Positions 22,091 to 32,602 of a stretch of DNA of 64,000 nt are shown here, one piece after another (the stretch's first letter is position 1; each line of letters begins with the position of its first letter). The position numbers and the translations under genes are program-made. This DNA is from an uncultured Bacilli bacterium (GTDB taxonomy: Bacteria > Bacillota_I > Bacilli_A > RF39 > UBA660), in NCBI GenBank assembly GCA_944329355.1, contig CALVID010000003.1, positions 3,130-67,129 of the forward strand, read 5' to 3'. The notes under the pieces are model-generated. The model did no database searches. It had not been told where the DNA came from and was given only the letters and a program-made list of their open reading frames with translations.

Positions 22091-22792
22091 CTAACTAATG
22101 AATTCAATTAAATATGGTCCAAGTATTAAGACTAATATTAATGGAACAATAAATAATACTGAAATAATACTTACCTTATTAGGTATTTTATTAATCTGTT
22201 CTTTTACGGTCAATAGTTCTTTTTGTCTCAAAAAATCGACTTCATTATATAAAGTATCTAAAATACTATTACCAAATCTATTGGTTTGAATTATATTTAA
22301 TATTATGTTTCCAATAATATCTGATGACATTTTTTCTTTAAGATCATTTAAAGCTTCAATTAAAGATTTTCCAAATCTCATTTCGTTTAGTGCTTTTTTA
22401 AATTCTTCTGAAATTTCAGAATCAACATTATCACACGTAACTATTAAAGCGTTTTCTAAGTTACGTCCTGATTCCAAAGTTAAGGTTAAAATTTCAAAGA
22501 AATATAACGCTTGATGTTCTAAACGTCGATTTTTATTAGTAATTTTTTTGGTAATGTTTATATAATAAAACAAGTAATAATAAGCAATGGTGATAAATGG
22601 AGCATATATATAACCTGAATCAAATAGTAAAATGGTTAACACAAATACTAAGATTGTTGTAATTATTCTATATAGGCAAAAGGTAGTAACATTGAATTTA
22701 GTATCATTTCCTAAACATTTTAATTTAAATTCAATTTCTTTTAGCTCTTTAGCGCTATATATTTTTTTAATGAATTGGGCTTTGCTTTTCAT
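22091..22792 (-). CDS. tadC: Tad pilus platform protein, TadC-like (T2SS F-domain)
   Basis: 233-aa polytopic membrane protein with GspF-like helices (LTLESGRNLENAL...). Its start overlaps the TadB-like stop by 1 nt. Confidence 0.65.
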   Translation of the reverse strand: MKSKAQFIKKIYSAKELKEIEFKLKCLGNDTKFNVTTFCLYRIITTILVFVLTILLFDSGYIYAPFITIAYYYLFYYINITKKITNKNRRLEHQALYFFEILTLTLESGRNLENALIVTCDNVDSEISEEFKKALNEMRFGKSLIEALNDLKEKMSSDIIGNIILNIIQTNRFGNSILDTLYNEVDFLRQKELLTVKEQINKIPNKVSIISVLFIVPLILVLILGPYLIEFIS

Positions 22793-24285
22793 TAAATCAC
22801 CACTTTCATTATTTTACGAACTACTACCACAAAAATTATATAGTAAATTATCATAAATATCAATAGTATATGGCCAATATCTGTAGTTATAAATGGTAGA
22901 AAATAACCTGGATTAATTAAACTTATAACTAAAATAAAGAAGAATGGAATACCTAGCAATATATAAACTATTATTCTACTGCCACTGGTTAAACTTTTCA
23001 ATTCTAATCTTAGTTTGCGTTTATCGAATAAACTTCTTTCAATAGAAGAAAAGACTTTTATGATATCGCCACCTGTTTTATTTAGTATGGATAAAGAGGC
23101 CGTTAAATAGTTTGCTTCTTCTAATTTTATACGTTTTGAGAAACGTTTGAAAACCTGTTCGATATCTAATCCATATAACAATTCTAAATTCATTCGTTTA
23201 AATTCCGCACCTACAACACCACCTACTTCTTCAGCAACAATGTCAATGGCCTGTGAAATGCTTCTTCCTGATTTGAATGAGTTATTCATTATGGTAATAG
23301 CTGCAACAAAATCGTTTTCAATAGTCCATCTAAACACTTTATATTTTGCAAATAAATATATATCTAAAATGAAGAATCCTAAAATGAAAACGCCTAAAGT
23401 CTCCAAGCTACCTAGCAATTTAAATTGAAAAGCTTTAATTATAACTGCTAATACGGTTAAAGCTGAGGCAATTATAATTTTTCCAGATAAAATATCATAA
23501 CCCGTTTTATGTACTCCACTAATTACGGTATATTTATCTAATGTTTTAGAATATTTGGTAGCTACTACAGATTTTTTTAAAACATTGGTAAATACATGGA
23601 GGAATTGAGAGTATATTTTTTTTACTTGTTCGGAAATCATTAAAGCGTTGTTTTCCAATGGTTTTATGACATAAGGGTCTAGTCTTTCTTCTAGTTTTAC
23701 TACTTTAAATAATTTGGTGATTTTATAAACTAACAATAGTATGAGTATTATACATATGGCTTGAATTATATAAATAGAGGTATTATGAGGAATTACATTG
23801 ATAGTAGCTGTTTCTTGTGCTATATTACCAGCTTCATCTTGAACAGTACATGTATATTGATATTTTCCTTTAGTATTTAATTTTAAACTATCAACATTGG
23901 TGATAATTTTATCAGTTAAACTACCGCTATAGTTATCAGTGGCTGTACAACTGATTAAATTTTTATCGTTGGTTGGCGTTGTTTCTATATATTTTTGAGA
24001 AACATTAATTACTGGAGCAGTTTTATCAATGATATATTTTCCACTAGTTAATGTATCTGTATATCCATTAAGTAGCCTCATTTGTACTTCTATTTGATAT
24101 GTACCTGTTTCTTTCAATGTGATAGTGGCTGGTTCATTATTACTGATAAGAATTTTATTGGTTGGAATGTTATCTTTATATATTTGATAAGTATAAGAGG
24201 CGACACTTGTAGATGGTGAAAAAGTGATATTAATATCTTTGTTTGTCGGTTTATCTATGCTTTGAATATCAAAATTTCCATTCAT
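22792..24285 (-). CDS. tadB: TadB-like platform protein fused to an N-terminal Ig-like (DUF5011/HYR-like) domain
   Basis: The C-terminal ~300 aa is GspF-like (FKSGRSISQAIDIVAEEV...). The N-terminal ~165 aa is a beta-rich repeat with CTATDNYSGSLTDKI...GKYQYTCTVQDEAGN, followed by a TM helix. Confidence 0.6.
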   Translation of the reverse strand: MNGNFDIQSIDKPTNKDINITFSPSTSVASYTYQIYKDNIPTNKILISNNEPATITLKETGTYQIEVQMRLLNGYTDTLTSGKYIIDKTAPVINVSQKYIETTPTNDKNLISCTATDNYSGSLTDKIITNVDSLKLNTKGKYQYTCTVQDEAGNIAQETATINVIPHNTSIYIIQAICIILILLLVYKITKLFKVVKLEERLDPYVIKPLENNALMISEQVKKIYSQFLHVFTNVLKKSVVATKYSKTLDKYTVISGVHKTGYDILSGKIIIASALTVLAVIIKAFQFKLLGSLETLGVFILGFFILDIYLFAKYKVFRWTIENDFVAAITIMNNSFKSGRSISQAIDIVAEEVGGVVGAEFKRMNLELLYGLDIEQVFKRFSKRIKLEEANYLTASLSILNKTGGDIIKVFSSIERSLFDKRKLRLELKSLTSGSRIIVYILLGIPFFFILVISLINPGYFLPFITTDIGHILLIFMIIYYIIFVVVVRKIMKVVI

Positions 24286-24299
24286 CTTTAATCACCTCC

Positions 24300-25628
24300 T
24301 TATTCTCCAAAGATATCTTTTAAATCATCTATTCCTTTGGATTTTATTATATTATATACTTTTGGTATATATTTACGAAGTAAAAACTCTCCGTCTACAT
24401 CTCCGTTTTCCAAAACACCTGTTTGTTTAAATTTAAATATTTCTTGTTGTTTTATTTCTCCGTTTTCAATACCAATTATCTCATTTATACTACTGACTCT
24501 TCTTCTTCCGTCAGATAATCTTTGAACTTGAACGACAATTTGAATAGCACTTTCAATGTATTCTCTAATAGCCGCCACAGGAATTTCAACACCATTCATT
24601 AAAACCATAGTTTCTAGTCTATTTAAGGCATCAGCGGGACCATTCGCATGCATAGTTGTCATACTGCCTTCGTGTCCGGTATTCATAGCTTGAAGCATAT
24701 CAAAAGCTTCTTTGCCTCTGACTTCACCAACGATTATTCTATCTGGTCTCATTCTTAAAGAGTTAATAACTAAGTCTCTAATAGTTATAGCTCCTTCACC
24801 TTCATAATTAGTAGTTCTGGTTTCTAAAGAAATTACATGTTCTTGTTTTAATTTTAATTCTGCAGCATCTTCAATTGTAATAATACGATCGTTCGGATCA
24901 CAAAATGAAGATAAGACATTTAATAATGTGGTTTTTCCGGCTCCAGTTCCGCCAACTACTAATATATTTAATTTGGCATGTACACAAGCTTCTAAAAACC
25001 TGGCCATATAAGGGGTTAATGTTCCTGTTCTAAGTAAATCTTCGATATTGGCAAGTTCGCTTTTAAATTTTCTGATGGTTACAACTGGTCCATTTAAAGA
25101 AAGTGGTGGTAAAATGGCGTTTAATCTGGATCCGTCTTCTAATCTGGCGTCAACCATAGGATGGGCAATGTCTATAGTTTTTCCAATTGGTTGAATTAGT
25201 CTTTGAACAACTCGAATAATATGATCATCATTTATAAAACTAACACTATCATCTTTGATAACTTTACCATCTAATTCGATATAAATTTCATTAGGTGAGT
25301 TCACCATTATTTCTGTTATTTCTTTGTCTTTTAACAATTCTGTAAGAGGTCCATAGCCATTGACTTCATTATCTATTAAATTATATATATAACTGCGTTC
25401 TTCGTTTGACAAATCATAGCCTTCGACTGATTTATCTATTTCATCTTTGATAAAATCTCGCATGTCTTCATTTGTTTTATCTTTGTTATCAATGATATTT
25501 TGAATTATTTGACTTCTCAATTCATCTAATAATTTTTTGTTTGGAAATTCATCATAATCATCAATATCTTTAGGAAGTTTTTGTTCTAATGTAGTAGCAA
25601 ATTCATCAATAAATCTTTTTTTTGTCAT
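24300..25628 (-). CDS. tadA: CpaF/TadA family secretion ATPase
   Basis: 442 aa with Walker A VVGGTGAGKTTLLN, IITIEDAAEL, RMRPDRIIVGEVRG and HEGSMTTMHAN. Confidence 0.9.
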   Translation of the reverse strand: MTKKRFIDEFATTLEQKLPKDIDDYDEFPNKKLLDELRSQIIQNIIDNKDKTNEDMRDFIKDEIDKSVEGYDLSNEERSYIYNLIDNEVNGYGPLTELLKDKEITEIMVNSPNEIYIELDGKVIKDDSVSFINDDHIIRVVQRLIQPIGKTIDIAHPMVDARLEDGSRLNAILPPLSLNGPVVTIRKFKSELANIEDLLRTGTLTPYMARFLEACVHAKLNILVVGGTGAGKTTLLNVLSSFCDPNDRIITIEDAAELKLKQEHVISLETRTTNYEGEGAITIRDLVINSLRMRPDRIIVGEVRGKEAFDMLQAMNTGHEGSMTTMHANGPADALNRLETMVLMNGVEIPVAAIREYIESAIQIVVQVQRLSDGRRRVSSINEIIGIENGEIKQQEIFKFKQTGVLENGDVDGEFLLRKYIPKVYNIIKSKGIDDLKDIFGE

Positions 25629-25641
25629 GTCTTCCCCCCCT

Positions 25642-26382
25642 TTACTTTAATATGTTATCTAATAACTGATTTAAAACTGCCGTACCTTTTTCTTTTTGAT
25701 ATTGTTTTTCTAAAGTAAATATTTTCCCTTGCATTATTAATTTTTTCATATTTTTTAAATAATAATTACTTGGCAAAATATAGTCGATATTTTTTTCTAA
25801 AAACGAATTTATACTGTACAAATCTACATGATCTTGAGATAAAGATTCGTTTAAAACTAAATAATAATTTTTTAAGCCCATATCTTTATATATTGCAAGC
25901 ATGGTCTTCATATTTTTTAAGTCCATCAAATCACTAGTTAGTACATAGATTATATCGTCGCTATTATCAAATGTAATTAAGTTAATATCATCAATAATAT
26001 GATTGGTATCGATTAAAATAACATCATACCGATATTTTAGTTTTTTTAAAATCAGATCAATATAATATGAACTAATCTTCCCTACACTTCTAGGATCTTT
26101 TGGGGCTGATAAAACATCAATATAATCATTGTATTTTACAATATATTCGTCTAATTCTTTTAAGTTATGATTCATGTAATCATTAACTAAAGTATAAAAA
26201 TCTTTATTAATTTTCAAGTTTAAAGTAGCTGAGATAACACCTGAGTGCAGATCCATGTCAACGATAATTGTTTTTATTTTTCTATTAGATAAAAGTCCTG
26301 CGAGTGCTAAAGCGGTAGTACTTTTACCGGTTCCTCCTTTAACTGAAGTAACTGTGATAACTTTAGCTTGTTTTATTGCCAT
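25642..26382 (-). CDS. tadZ: ParA/MinD-like ATPase, TadZ/CpaE-type (no receiver domain)
   Basis: 246 aa with the deviant Walker A TSVKGGTGKSTTALALA. It sits immediately upstream of the CpaF ATPase. Confidence 0.7.
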   Translation of the reverse strand: MAIKQAKVITVTSVKGGTGKSTTALALAGLLSNRKIKTIIVDMDLHSGVISATLNLKINKDFYTLVNDYMNHNLKELDEYIVKYNDYIDVLSAPKDPRSVGKISSYYIDLILKKLKYRYDVILIDTNHIIDDINLITFDNSDDIIYVLTSDLMDLKNMKTMLAIYKDMGLKNYYLVLNESLSQDHVDLYSINSFLEKNIDYILPSNYYLKNMKKLIMQGKIFTLEKQYQKEKGTAVLNQLLDNILK

Positions 26383-26392
26383 AAATATCCCT

Positions 26393-26758
26393 CTATTCTT
26401 TTACAGTTATTATTTTATTGTTTTCTTTATAACCTTGATAGGTTATATCAATATCGAATTTATTGTTGAAATTAAATAATGCATCATACTTCTTTTTTAT
26501 TCTTATTTTGATTTTATTATCATTTATTTCTACGTAAATGTCTCCCTCAACATTTGATTCTAATAATTTAATGAGTTCTTTTTTTAAGTTTGGGTTTTCT
26601 AAATTGTTTAATCCGTAAGTGATAGTATCTTTTATTTCTGTTTCATATCTATTGATAGTAAATCCAAGATTACCAATTTCCCATATTAAGGCAAATAGTA
26701 ATAATAATATTGGCAAGATTAATATGAATATAACTAAACTTTGTCCTTTATTGTTCAT
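26393..26758 (-). CDS. TadE-like pseudopilin
   Basis: MNNKGQSLVIFILILPILLLLF is a class III-type leader plus hydrophobic helix. The start is probably M5 of the tracked ORF. Confidence 0.6.
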   Translation of the reverse strand: MNNKGQSLVIFILILPILLLLFALIWEIGNLGFTINRYETEIKDTITYGLNNLENPNLKKELIKLLESNVEGDIYVEINDNKIKIRIKKKYDALFNFNNKFDIDITYQGYKENNKIITVKE

Positions 26759-27095
26759 TTGTGTCCTCATAGAAAGTTTTGGCGGTTTTGATAATATAAT
26801 CCTTGCCTAGAATATTAGTTAATCCAGGAGCATTAATTTCAATATTCTTTTTTAAAGTTAAGGTAATCATGCCGTTTTGATTTTTATCTTCTAAGGCTAA
26901 TTCTTCATGGGCTAAATAAACGCCCAATTCTTTGGTTTTACCATTTCTATATAGTTCAGTTACGGTATCTAAATCTTTATTTAAATCGTATTTGTTTAAA
27001 AAAATATTACCAATATCTATTATAGCCATTACAATTAATAGCAAAACTGGTAATATCAATATAAATTCAACTAATGCTTGCCCTTTTTTATTCAT
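26748..27095 (-). CDS. TadE/Flp-like pilin
   Basis: MNKKGQALVEFILILPVLLLIV has G followed by Glu at +5, the hallmark of a prepilin peptidase substrate. The start is probably ATG 27095 (GGAAAG 9 nt upstream). Confidence 0.6.
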   Translation of the reverse strand: MNKKGQALVEFILILPVLLLIVMAIIDIGNIFLNKYDLNKDLDTVTELYRNGKTKELGVYLAHEELALEDKNQNGMITLTLKKNIEINAPGLTNILGKDYIIKTAKTFYEDTNEQ

Positions 27096-27201
27096 ATTAT
27101 CACGCTTTCCTATCATAATAAATTATATCAAAAAATAGTTCGAATAACAATAATTGAAGCTTTAATATTATTAAATATTAAAGATATATGTAAAAGAACG
27201 C

Positions 27202-29730
27202 TTATTTAGCGTCCTGTTTTAATTTGTATAATATGTTTAAAGCTTCTATCGGAGTGATTTCTAAAGGGTCTATTTTTTCTAGTTCTTCTTCTATTTTTGA
27301 TTTTTGAGGCATTAACTCATCTATTGGTAATGCTTCTTGGATTTTTATATCTCTTTTATGTTCTTTGCTTTCATATACTTTTAGTATTTCACTAGCTCTT
27401 GTAATAACAGAATCTGGTAAATTAGCTAATTTAGCTACATGTATTCCATAACTTTTGTCGACACTACCTTCTTTTATTTTGTGTAGGAATGTTATTTTTC
27501 CATCTTCTTCATAAGCTGACACGTGAATATTTTTTAAATGTTTTAATGTTTTGTCTAGATCAGTTAACTCGTGATAGTGAGTTGAAAAAAATGTTTTCCC
27601 CTTGATATTTTGGTGAATATATTCAATTATTCCTTGAGCTAAGGCCATACCATCAAAGGTTGCGGTTCCTCTACCTAATTCATCAAATAATAATAAGCTT
27701 TTATCAGTAGCAGAGGTTATGGCATTAGCGGCTTCTGTCATTTCTACCATAAATGTAGATTCTCCACTCACCAAATCATCTGATGCACCAATTCTTGTGT
27801 ATATAGCATCAAATATAGGTAATCTAGCTACAGTGGCTGGGACAAAAGAACCTATTTGAGCCATGATTGCTATTATAGCCATTTGTCTCATGTATGTCGA
27901 TTTACCGGCCATGTTTGGTCCTGTTATTAATAATATATTAGTGTTTTTATCCATTATTATATCATTTGTAACAAATTCACTTTTTATTACTTTCTCGACT
28001 ACTGGGTGGCGTGATTTTTGAATATATATTTCGTTTTTAGTAATTTCTGGTCTTACATAATTATTTTCTTCAGCTATAGTAGCAAATGATTGTAAGACAT
28101 CTATTTCACTAATTATTTTAGCTGTTTTTTGAAGCTCAGGAATATATTTTTTCGCTTCATCTCTTATTTTACAAAATAGATTATATTCTAATTCAATTAT
28201 TTTTTCTTCAGCATTTAATATTAAGGCTTCTTTTTCTTTTAAAATAGGACTTATATATCTTTCAGCGTTTGCTAGGGTTTGTTTTCTTTGATAACCCCAT
28301 TCATCTTTAACTAAATTGGTATTCCCTTTGCTTATTTCTATATAATATCCAAAAACTCTATTATAGCCAACCTTTAAATTTTTAATACCCGTTCTTTCTT
28401 TTTCTTCAGTTTCAAACCTGGCGACAAAATCTTTGCCACCTTTTCTTAAGGTTTTAAGTTCATCTAATTCTTCGTTATATTTTTCTTTAATTAGATAACC
28501 CTCTTTAGTGCTTACCGGAGGATTTTCATAAATACTCTTTTCTAATAAATCATACAAATTGGTAAAATCAGTTATTTGTTTTTTGTAATTGATTTTATTT
28601 AAAATATCAGCTATTTTAGGTAAAACTTTTAAAGAGTTTTTTAATTGTAACAGATCTTTGCCGTTCGCATTACCAAAAGCTATTTTTCCACTCAATCTTT
28701 CTAAATCATATACTTCGGTTAAATAATTTTCTAAATCACTTTTATAGATAAATTCTTTTAATAAAGTTTCTACAATATCATATCTTTTTTCAATTTCTTT
28801 TTGATCAACCAAGGGATTCAACAAATAATTTTTAAGTAATCTAGCTCCCATAGCTGTTTTTGTTTTATCTAAAAGCCAAATTAGTGAATAGTTTCTTTGC
28901 TTTAATCTAAGCGTTTCGGTTAATTCTAAGTTTCTTTTCGTATGAACATCCATCTTTAAATGATCTTTTGTTTCTCTAATTTGAAGCTTTTGTAAATGGG
29001 ATAAATCTCGTTTTTGATTATGCATGATATATGCTAGTAAATGTTTGACAGAATTAATATATCTTTGGTCAATGATGTCTTCATAAATATAAGAATAGTC
29101 TTCTGATAATTCGTCCGTGATAGTTAAAGTTAAATGAAATTGATTTTGTAAAATGGAATAGATGTCCTTATCGGTTTTACTATCTAAAATGACTTCTTTT
29201 ATACCTAAATTTATTATTTCTGACACCACTTTTGTGGGATTATGTTCTAGTAAAAACGCATATATTTCTCCAGTTGAAATATCTGCATAACTGATAGCAT
29301 ATCCGTGTTTAAAATCGGTTATACTAGCTATAAAATTAAAATCATTAGCTTTTAAGGTATCTGTATCCATGATTGTGCCTGAGCTAATTATTTGAACAAT
29401 TCCCCTTTTGACTAATCCTTTCACAGATTTTGGATCTTCTAATTGTTCAACAATGCCGATTTTATGACCGTTTTCAATTAATTTATCGATATATGTACTA
29501 GAGGCGTGATATGGAATCCCACACATAGGAATTCTTTCTTCTAACCCGGCTGATTTTCCTGTTAAAGTTAGTTCTAATTCATGACTAACTGTAACTGCAT
29601 CATCAAAAAACATTTCATAGAAATCTCCCAATCTAAAAAAAATAATTAAATCTTCGTTAGCGTTTTTTATCTCTAAATATTGTCTCATCATTGGGGTAAC
29701 TTTTTCTATGTCTATTTCATTTCTTTCCAT
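27202..29730 (-). CDS. mutS: DNA mismatch repair protein MutS
   Basis: 842 aa with TPMMRQYLEIK, GDFYEMFFDDA and Walker A GPNMAGKSTYMRQ. Confidence 0.97.
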   Translation of the reverse strand: MERNEIDIEKVTPMMRQYLEIKNANEDLIIFFRLGDFYEMFFDDAVTVSHELELTLTGKSAGLEERIPMCGIPYHASSTYIDKLIENGHKIGIVEQLEDPKSVKGLVKRGIVQIISSGTIMDTDTLKANDFNFIASITDFKHGYAISYADISTGEIYAFLLEHNPTKVVSEIINLGIKEVILDSKTDKDIYSILQNQFHLTLTITDELSEDYSYIYEDIIDQRYINSVKHLLAYIMHNQKRDLSHLQKLQIRETKDHLKMDVHTKRNLELTETLRLKQRNYSLIWLLDKTKTAMGARLLKNYLLNPLVDQKEIEKRYDIVETLLKEFIYKSDLENYLTEVYDLERLSGKIAFGNANGKDLLQLKNSLKVLPKIADILNKINYKKQITDFTNLYDLLEKSIYENPPVSTKEGYLIKEKYNEELDELKTLRKGGKDFVARFETEEKERTGIKNLKVGYNRVFGYYIEISKGNTNLVKDEWGYQRKQTLANAERYISPILKEKEALILNAEEKIIELEYNLFCKIRDEAKKYIPELQKTAKIISEIDVLQSFATIAEENNYVRPEITKNEIYIQKSRHPVVEKVIKSEFVTNDIIMDKNTNILLITGPNMAGKSTYMRQMAIIAIMAQIGSFVPATVARLPIFDAIYTRIGASDDLVSGESTFMVEMTEAANAITSATDKSLLLFDELGRGTATFDGMALAQGIIEYIHQNIKGKTFFSTHYHELTDLDKTLKHLKNIHVSAYEEDGKITFLHKIKEGSVDKSYGIHVAKLANLPDSVITRASEILKVYESKEHKRDIKIQEALPIDELMPQKSKIEEELEKIDPLEITPIEALNILYKLKQDAK

Positions 29731-29815
29731 TTTAAATCACTTCCATTTTTTGTTATATTATATCATTCTGACTTTTTATTTTCAACAAAACAAAAACCTT
29801 AATACAAAGGTTTTG

Positions 29816-30496
29816 CTAAATTTTATATTTGTTTTTTATTTTTTTTATGAGTGCTGGACCATCATTAGAATATCTAGCTATATTTGGCCTATTAGATACC
29901 ATTACATAATCATTTATTTCATTTTTTTGTTCTTCTTTAGCTTTTTCTATAATATCTTCTAAGGCAACATTTAATCTATCATAATCTGATAAATACTGTT
30001 TTTGCATATCTTGTGAAAGGCACAATATATCTTGTAATGCGTATGGGAAAACAGCTAAAGATATGGTACCATTATCATATATTGTATTTAGCGGATTATA
30101 ATCGTATTTATAAGTGTTTAAATAGTATTTTGGATTATTTAAAAAATTTCCTTCATATAAAACTTCTATGTTTCTAATTCGTTTTTTTCCAATGATCCTA
30201 TTATTTGTTTTATCTTCAGTTTTTGGTGAATTACTAATATTAATTAAGTTAATTTTGGTTTTTGTTAAAGGTTCTTCTAAATATAATCCATCTTTGTTTC
30301 TAAGTGGAGTTAAAATAATTGGTATATTCGGTTGATCTTCGGTTATTTTATCAAAATCAACATAAAATTTTTGCCTAGACATAAAGCTTTCACTTTCAGG
30401 GTCAAAGTTGGTATTACATGTAATTTCTTTCATTTTTACCTTTAATAAATCACTTGTTTTGACAATATATAAAGTGTTTTTGTTATATTCTTCCAT
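29816..30496 (-). CDS. Hypothetical protein (226 aa)
   Basis: Clean ORF with its own upstream region. No motif recognised. Confidence 0.45.
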   Translation of the reverse strand: MEEYNKNTLYIVKTSDLLKVKMKEITCNTNFDPESESFMSRQKFYVDFDKITEDQPNIPIILTPLRNKDGLYLEEPLTKTKINLINISNSPKTEDKTNNRIIGKKRIRNIEVLYEGNFLNNPKYYLNTYKYDYNPLNTIYDNGTISLAVFPYALQDILCLSQDMQKQYLSDYDRLNVALEDIIEKAKEEQKNEINDYVMVSNRPNIARYSNDGPALIKKIKNKYKI

Positions 30497-30564
30497 ATTT
30501 ACACCTCACAATAAATTATGTGTTTTATTATAACATATAACTTGATTTTTATCTATGGTTTTAT

Positions 30565-31581
30565 TTAATTCTTTTTGTTTTGCAAATATTTAAGAGCTTC
30601 TTCAAAGGTAGAAACAGGCACTAAATCAATATCATAACCTTTTTCTTGTTTTATTTTTTTTGCTTCTTTATAATTTGAACCTTGTGGTACTAAGAAGATA
30701 TCGGCGTTTTTATTAACTGCTCCTATTAATTTATATTTAATACCACTAATTTCACCAACATTACCATTAATATCAATTGTACCTGTCCCAACTATTTTTT
30801 CCCCATTGGTTAAATCAATCTGGTTTAAATGACTATAAATTGTCAGTGTTAACATCAAACCACCTGAAGAACCTGACTCACTTTCTTTAAAGTTAAATTT
30901 AACTTTTTCTTTCGATTTTACATCAAATGTTTCAGTTATTACAGCTCCTACTTTAGGTGTGTCTAATACATCTATTAAGGTTGCTTTTCTTATTTTTATA
31001 TTGCCTTTTATGTCTTTTACTTTAATAGTTACTTTGTCATTAATTTTTTTTGTGGCAATGTATTTTAGTAATACATTTTTACTTGTTATTTTTTTATCAT
31101 CTACTTTTAAAATTTGATCACCTATTTTTAAGTCTGTTTTGGCTAGTTCATCAATATATGTAGCGTATACTTTATTATTTGTGATTTCATATTTAATATT
31201 AGAATATTTATAAGCCACTAATAAAGATATATCATTAGCTTCTTCCAAAAGCATTTTATTCCTATAGTTTTTTTCTTCAATTGTTTCATTATCGTTTTTT
31301 ACTTCTGCTTCTTTTTCAACATCCCAATCTTTGTTAAATAAAGAAACAATTAATGTCGGTATAGTTGCATGAATTTCTGACACATATGCCATATTCAGCG
31401 ATCCTTTCATTTTAAAATTTTCAGTAGTTTCTACTTTGCTATCAGTATTGATTAAACCTCCTGGAGCAGAAATATAATAAGGAAATTCAATTAAAAAGAA
31501 AGCTAAAATTAAAATATATACTATTAAAGTTTTATAGTACTCTTTTAAAAGTTTTTTAATATTATTAAATAGTTTTCTCAT
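30565..31581 (-). CDS. ylbL: YlbL/SepM-type membrane-anchored PDZ plus Lon-like (S16) serine protease
   Basis: N-terminal TM helix, a PDZ segment (IGDQILKVDDKKITS) and a Lon-protease-like C-terminus (GSSGGLMLTLTIYS, GTGTIDINGNVGEISGIKYKLIGA). Confidence 0.75.
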   Translation of the reverse strand: MRKLFNNIKKLLKEYYKTLIVYILILAFFLIEFPYYISAPGGLINTDSKVETTENFKMKGSLNMAYVSEIHATIPTLIVSLFNKDWDVEKEAEVKNDNETIEEKNYRNKMLLEEANDISLLVAYKYSNIKYEITNNKVYATYIDELAKTDLKIGDQILKVDDKKITSKNVLLKYIATKKINDKVTIKVKDIKGNIKIRKATLIDVLDTPKVGAVITETFDVKSKEKVKFNFKESESGSSGGLMLTLTIYSHLNQIDLTNGEKIVGTGTIDINGNVGEISGIKYKLIGAVNKNADIFLVPQGSNYKEAKKIKQEKGYDIDLVPVSTFEEALKYLQNKKN

Positions 31582-31626
31582 ATAGGTCCCCTTTCTTTAA
31601 TATGTTATTTTATAGCAGGTGAATTT

Positions 31627-32601
31627 ATGAAGAAGATATTTAGTACTTTAATAATGGGGGTTTTAATATTTATAGGATATGAAATATTAACTGAATCAGA
31701 AAGTATTTTAAAGTCAGTTGATTTTTCTTTGAATGTTTTTAAAAACAATATTTTCCCTTCATTATTCCCCTTTTTTGTTTTATCAAACCTTTTAATTAAA
31801 TATGGCCTTCCTGAATTTATGGGTAATTTATTTAAAGGTGTTATGAATAAATTATTTAGAATCAAAGGTATTACTGCTTTTATTTTTTTCATGAGTATTA
31901 TATCAGGAAATCCATCAAATGCAAAGTACACTAGAGAACTATATTTGGAAAAGAAAATTAACAAATATGAGGCCATTAAAATTTTGTGTTTCACTTGTTT
32001 TTCTAATCCTCTATTTATTTTAGGAACTGTTTCTATTTTATTTTTAAATAACAAAGAGGTCGGCATATTGATTTTAGCCTGTCATTATTTTGGAAATATA
32101 ATTGTTGGGCTTGGAATGAGGAATTATCATCCTAGCAAAAAAGAGTTTGATAAAATTAGTTTTAATAAGGCAATTGAAGCTATGCATAAAAAAAGAATTA
32201 GTAATCAAGAAGGGTTTGGTGAAATAATTACTAATTCTTTAATTAATAGTATAAATACTCTTCTTTTGATATTAGGAGTCATTACAAGTTGTTTGGTGCT
32301 GACAACTATAATAGATAATAATTTAAATTTAAATAGTGTTTTTCAAAGTGTTTTAAATGGTTTTATAGAAATGACACAAGGACTTAAATATATTAGTTTA
32401 GAAGCTATTCCTTTAAAACTTAAATGTGTTTTAACAGTTATGATTTTATCGTTCGGTGGTCTTTCTGTGCATATGCAAATAATGAGTATTTTAAGTGATA
32501 CCGATATAAAATATTTGCCGTTTTTATGTGCAAGGGTATGCCATGCAATTATATCAGCTTTAATGATGTTTGTATTTTTTGATTATTTTATAGCATTATA
32601 G
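31627..32601 (+). CDS. ylbJ: YlbJ-like integral membrane protein (nucleoside-recognition/GATE domain)
   Basis: 324-aa polytopic protein with NIFPSLFPFFVLSNLLIKYG. It is divergent from the ylbL-like gene, as in Bacillus. Confidence 0.5.
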   Translation: MKKIFSTLIMGVLIFIGYEILTESESILKSVDFSLNVFKNNIFPSLFPFFVLSNLLIKYGLPEFMGNLFKGVMNKLFRIKGITAFIFFMSIISGNPSNAKYTRELYLEKKINKYEAIKILCFTCFSNPLFILGTVSILFLNNKEVGILILACHYFGNIIVGLGMRNYHPSKKEFDKISFNKAIEAMHKKRISNQEGFGEIITNSLINSINTLLLILGVITSCLVLTTIIDNNLNLNSVFQSVLNGFIEMTQGLKYISLEAIPLKLKCVLTVMILSFGGLSVHMQIMSILSDTDIKYLPFLCARVCHAIISALMMFVFFDYFIAL

Positions 32602-32602
32602 A

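Noticed and set aside
31605-32066. 153-aa minus-strand ORF
   Set aside because: It is fully antisense to the ylbJ-like membrane protein gene, which has a far more protein-like sequence and an RBS.
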